A stretch of 64,000 nucleotides of DNA. It comes from an uncultured Acidimicrobiales bacterium (lineage in GTDB: Bacteria; Actinomycetota; Acidimicrobiia; Acidimicrobiales; UBA10347). Below the pieces are notes generated by a model. The model was not told the origin of the DNA. It saw only the letters and a list, made by a program, of their open reading frames with translations, and ran no database searches. Numbering within the stretch: the stretch's first letter is position 1; each line of letters opens with the position of its first letter. Positions 60,870 to 64,000 of the stretch are shown here, piece by piece. The stretch is from assembly GCA_943788915.1 (NCBI GenBank), contig CALSSD010000010.1, forward strand, positions 62,001-126,000, read 5' to 3'. Made by a program: the position numbers and the translations under genes.

Positions 60870-61418
60870 GTGCATGTGTCGACTGCCCGTGTTGAGGATG
60901 CATCGTCATGGGCGATGGAGCCGGACCGGACCGGATCGGAACTGCTCGGATCGGCTCTGGTCTCCGGCATTGTGACCTCGTTGGGGTCACCAGTGCGGTC
61001 GTCGCTCATCCCCGTCGATTTGAAGTTCGTCGGGAGCGAACCCGGCATCCGGTCTTTCTTCGTGCTGCTGTCGGTGTCGGGCCTGATGATGACGCCGATC
61101 ATGTTCGTGATGTTGCGGGCCCACATCAAGGACGAACTCGTCGAACACCCCGCCCGAGATGATGGGCGGGTCAGGGGCCTCTACGCACCGGTGTCGGCGG
61201 GTCGCACCCCGTTCGGTGCGCTGGGTCTTGGTGCGTCGTCCGAAGTGATCAGTACCGGCCAAGCAGTCACCATCGTGGCGATCAGCATCGTGGCAATCAG
61301 CCTCGTGTCGGCGTGCGCGTTTCAATTGTGCTCGGGATGTATCTCCGAGGCCGGGCCGTCCGCGAGATCAGCGAGGAATCTACGTGGGGGCGCACCGGAA
61401 GTCGGTACGTCACTCTGA
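60870..61418 (+). pseudogene. Probable degenerate MFS transporter fragment
   Basis: GRV.GLY..V..G.TPFGAL..G...E resembles the last MFS helices, but the ORF is far too short for an intact MFS protein. Confidence 0.4.
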
Positions 61419-61517
61419 GGCGCGGCTTGGCCATCTTCGCGAGGAGAAATGCACCGGTGATCTACTTCGTCGCGGTCCAGCTTCTGGTTTGAGGCAGTCG
61501 CGCTCTACATTTGGGCC

Positions 61518-62627
61518 GTGGATTTCGAACTAAGCCCTGAGCTTCAAGAACTGCAATTGCGCGCCCGCAAGGTCGCTGCCGAAGGGGTTGCCGAGTTTGG
61601 GCGTTTCAACGACAGCTGGATCAATGGCTTCTCCAAAGGTTTCGCCCGACGCATGTCCGAAGAAGGCTGGATCGGCATGGGTTGGCCCAAGGAACACGGC
61701 GGCCAGGAACGCCCACCTATCGAACGGGTGATCGTCGCCGAAGAGATGATCAGCGTTGGCGCTCCCATCGCCGCTATGTGGTTCGCCGACCGCCAGATGG
61801 GTCCGACGCTGATCGCCTATGGAACGCCTGACCAACAAGCCGAGTACCTGCCAGCAATGCTCGCTGGTGAGACCACCTGGTGTATCGGTATGTCCGAACC
61901 CGACTCAGGCTCTGATCTGGCCTCGCTCAAGACCTCCGCCGTCCGTGACGGCGACCACTTTGTGATCAATGGTCAAAAGATCTGGACCAGCTTCGGCGAT
62001 CAGGCCGACTATTGCTACATGATCTGCCGCACCGATTCCGAAGGGCCTCCGCACAAAGGCATCTCTGAGATCGTGGTGCCTATGGATCTTCCGGGGATCG
62101 AGGTTCGCCCGATCCAGGACATGACAACTAACCGTCACTTCTGCGAGATCTACTTCACCGACGTGCGTGTGCCCGTAGAGAACCTGGTCGGGGTCGAAGG
62201 CGACGCCTTCAAACAGACCATGGTGCAGCTCGCTCACGAACGCGGTGGCATCGATCGCCTCGTGTCGAATCGGGCGCTCTACGACATTGCGATTGACAAG
62301 GCCGATAAGGCCGACCCGCTCGTTCGCCAAGAGATCGCCAAACTCGAGACCGACTACCGCATCGGCCGCATGCTTGTCTACCGCGAGGTCCTCAAGCAGG
62401 CGCCGGCTGGCTTCAGCGCAGCGACCAAGGTGTATTGCACCGAACACCAGACTCGTGTCGCCGAGTTCGTGTCCCGCACCCTCGGTCCAGAAGCCACGCT
62501 GTGGAATGACGTGACCCACGGCCTGACCTATGCGCCCGGCTACACAATCATGGGCGGAACCAGCAACATCATGCGCAACATCTTGGGCGAACGCGTGCTC
62601 GGCCTGCCCCGCGAACCTCGCTCCTAA
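61518..62627 (+). CDS. Acyl-CoA dehydrogenase
   Basis: GMSEPDSGSDLASL, NGQKIWTS, ERGG, TIMGGTS.I.RN..GER.LGLP. Confidence 0.93.
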   Translation: MDFELSPELQELQLRARKVAAEGVAEFGRFNDSWINGFSKGFARRMSEEGWIGMGWPKEHGGQERPPIERVIVAEEMISVGAPIAAMWFADRQMGPTLIAYGTPDQQAEYLPAMLAGETTWCIGMSEPDSGSDLASLKTSAVRDGDHFVINGQKIWTSFGDQADYCYMICRTDSEGPPHKGISEIVVPMDLPGIEVRPIQDMTTNRHFCEIYFTDVRVPVENLVGVEGDAFKQTMVQLAHERGGIDRLVSNRALYDIAIDKADKADPLVRQEIAKLETDYRIGRMLVYREVLKQAPAGFSAATKVYCTEHQTRVAEFVSRTLGPEATLWNDVTHGLTYAPGYTIMGGTSNIMRNILGERVLGLPREPRS

Positions 62628-62663
62628 CGAAAAGTTACGTCCCCAGGGGAACGTAACTTTTCG
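62628..62663. repeat. Long palindrome (REP-like or terminator)
   Basis: CGAAAAGTTACGT-CCCC-A-GGGG-A-ACGTAACTTTTCG. Confidence 0.75.
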
Positions 62664-62945
62664 GGGACAGTGCTGAAACGCGGCCACGTTGTGTCAACGC
62701 GGCTCGGGCCAGGTTCTCAAGCCGAGGCTTTGAGGGGCATCGGTCGCCGTGATCGCAACTGCCGTTGGGTTGGCGCCGAGCGCCATCTATCGCTACTACG
62801 GTGATATATCGGCTCTCTATGAAAGCCATATTCATGGCCATCTGTATGGCAACGCTCGCGATTCGCTGATTCGTCTGCTAGGTGATCGCTAGCGCTCAGG
62901 ATCACCGCACTCGGTCGGGCTGCCCCCAACAATGCACCAGGATTT

Positions 62946-62972
62946 GTCACGGAGGGTCTGACCCCGCGTGAC
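62946..62972. repeat. REP-like palindrome with GGGTCTGACCC core
   Basis: GTCACG-GA-GGGTC-T-GACCC-CG-CGTGAC. Confidence 0.55.
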
Positions 62973-62988
62973 GTGTGAGGCGGGAGAA

Positions 62989-63873
62989 TCAGCGGCCGAG
63001 TTCCTGCAAGGTTGTGATGGCACCTGCCTGGTCGGGTGATGCGCAGCGCACGATCACGTCGTCGACACCGAGTTCGCGAAGCTCGCCGAGACGTTCGCCA
63101 AGCTCGTTGGCAGAACCACTGAGCAGGCGTTCGAATGGCAAACCGCGGTAGCCGCGCTCAGTGAGGTCGCGGGCAAGTGACTGAGCGGCTCGGGCGTCCG
63201 GTCCAAGGACAGCGTCTCGACGCAAGGCGAATCGAGACCCGCCGGCAGCCCGGTAGCGATCGACCCCTCGACGGATTGACTCGTCGTCCTGGCCGGGTGA
63301 GCCATACCAACAGTCACCAAGTCGCGCTGCCCGGTCGATGGCAACGTCGGCGGTGCCCCCAACCCACCACTCGATTGGGCCATCAGAGCGGAGGCCTACG
63401 GTTGCTTCGGCCAAGCCGAAGTAGTTGTCGGTTACTGCCTCGCCAGCGAGCAGCGCTTTAACGACGGGAATTACTGCATCGATATCGCGGCCGCGACGGG
63501 ACATATCCGCGCCAAGGTTGGTGAACTGAGCGTCGCCCCAGCCGATACCTGTCTGCACGATGAACGGCACTCCGGGCGACGCCGCATGATGCATGGCCGC
63601 CAACGTGCCGATGTGTTCTGCCATGAGTAGCGGTTTCCACAATGGGGTCAGGAACAAACACCCGGCAGGGCGCCCGACCCACTCAGCGAGCAGCCGGCCG
63701 AGCATCGGTGTGTTCTGTGCGTACGGCACTTTCATATCGTGGTGATCACCAATCGTCAGCGACGCCAGGCCAGCGGCATGAGCCACCTGGGCCCGTTCGA
63801 TCATCAGCGATACAGCATCGGTGCGATGTGTTGATGACAACGAAACGCCAATACTCGGAAGTGCAGTGTTCAT
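62989..63873 (-). CDS. LLM-class flavin-dependent oxidoreductase
   Basis: GDHH, LMAE..GTLA, G.G, AIDRAARLGD.W. Confidence 0.85.
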   Translation of the reverse strand: MNTALPSIGVSLSSTHRTDAVSLMIERAQVAHAAGLASLTIGDHHDMKVPYAQNTPMLGRLLAEWVGRPAGCLFLTPLWKPLLMAEHIGTLAAMHHAASPGVPFIVQTGIGWGDAQFTNLGADMSRRGRDIDAVIPVVKALLAGEAVTDNYFGLAEATVGLRSDGPIEWWVGGTADVAIDRAARLGDCWYGSPGQDDESIRRGVDRYRAAGGSRFALRRDAVLGPDARAAQSLARDLTERGYRGLPFERLLSGSANELGERLGELRELGVDDVIVRCASPDQAGAITTLQELGR

Positions 63874-63918
63874 GGGCAAACGTTAGGCGCTGCCGCCGGA
63901 TCTATTAGCGTCGACAGC

Positions 63919-64000
63919 ATGAGCGAAGCAGAAGCAATTGATCCCCTCCATTTCCGCAACGTCATGGGCCAGGTCCCTACCTGTGTGACTGTCGTGACCG
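63919..64000 (+). CDS. Flavin reductase family protein (partial, runs off the window end)
   Basis: MSEAEAIDPLHFRNVMGQVPTCVTVVT matches the FR..MG..PT.V.VVT N-terminus. Confidence 0.75.
   Translation, partial: MSEAEAIDPLHFRNVMGQVPTCVTVVT

Noticed and set aside
1..64000. tRNA, rRNA, prophage, integrase or anti-phage defence genes
   Set aside because: No recognisable motifs on reading; a covariance-model and HMM scan would be needed to exclude them formally.

Overview
High-GC (roughly 60% by eye) actinobacterial chromosomal segment, most consistent with Acidimicrobiia. That assignment is inferred from the many LLM/F420-type oxidoreductases, mycothiol-type enzymes, a conservon and frequent leaderless TANNNT promoters. 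About 63 genes, mostly lipid/aromatic/xenobiotic catabolism: acyl-CoA dehydrogenases, enoyl-CoA hydratases, a BVMO, paaA-D-B-C, a xanthine-dehydrogenase-family Mo enzyme, two sulfatases and ilvD. Highlights: (1) a complete conservon (dCache-type sensor kinase, roadblock, DUF742, MglA-like GTPase) followed by a hidden, triply frameshifted ~520 aa DivIVA/Scy-like coiled-coil gene; (2) a RAYT-like HUH transposase between two inverted REP-like palindromes that carry the stop codons of both neighbours, plus two solo palindromes near 62.6-63.0 kb; (3) an AT-richer lipoprotein cassette flanked by direct repeats; (4) recurrent 15-bp tandem duplications. About ten genes carry 1-2 nt indels, mostly insertions, probably long-read consensus errors. 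No rRNA, tRNA or CRISPR array was recognised. All calls come from motif reading only; no database searches were run.
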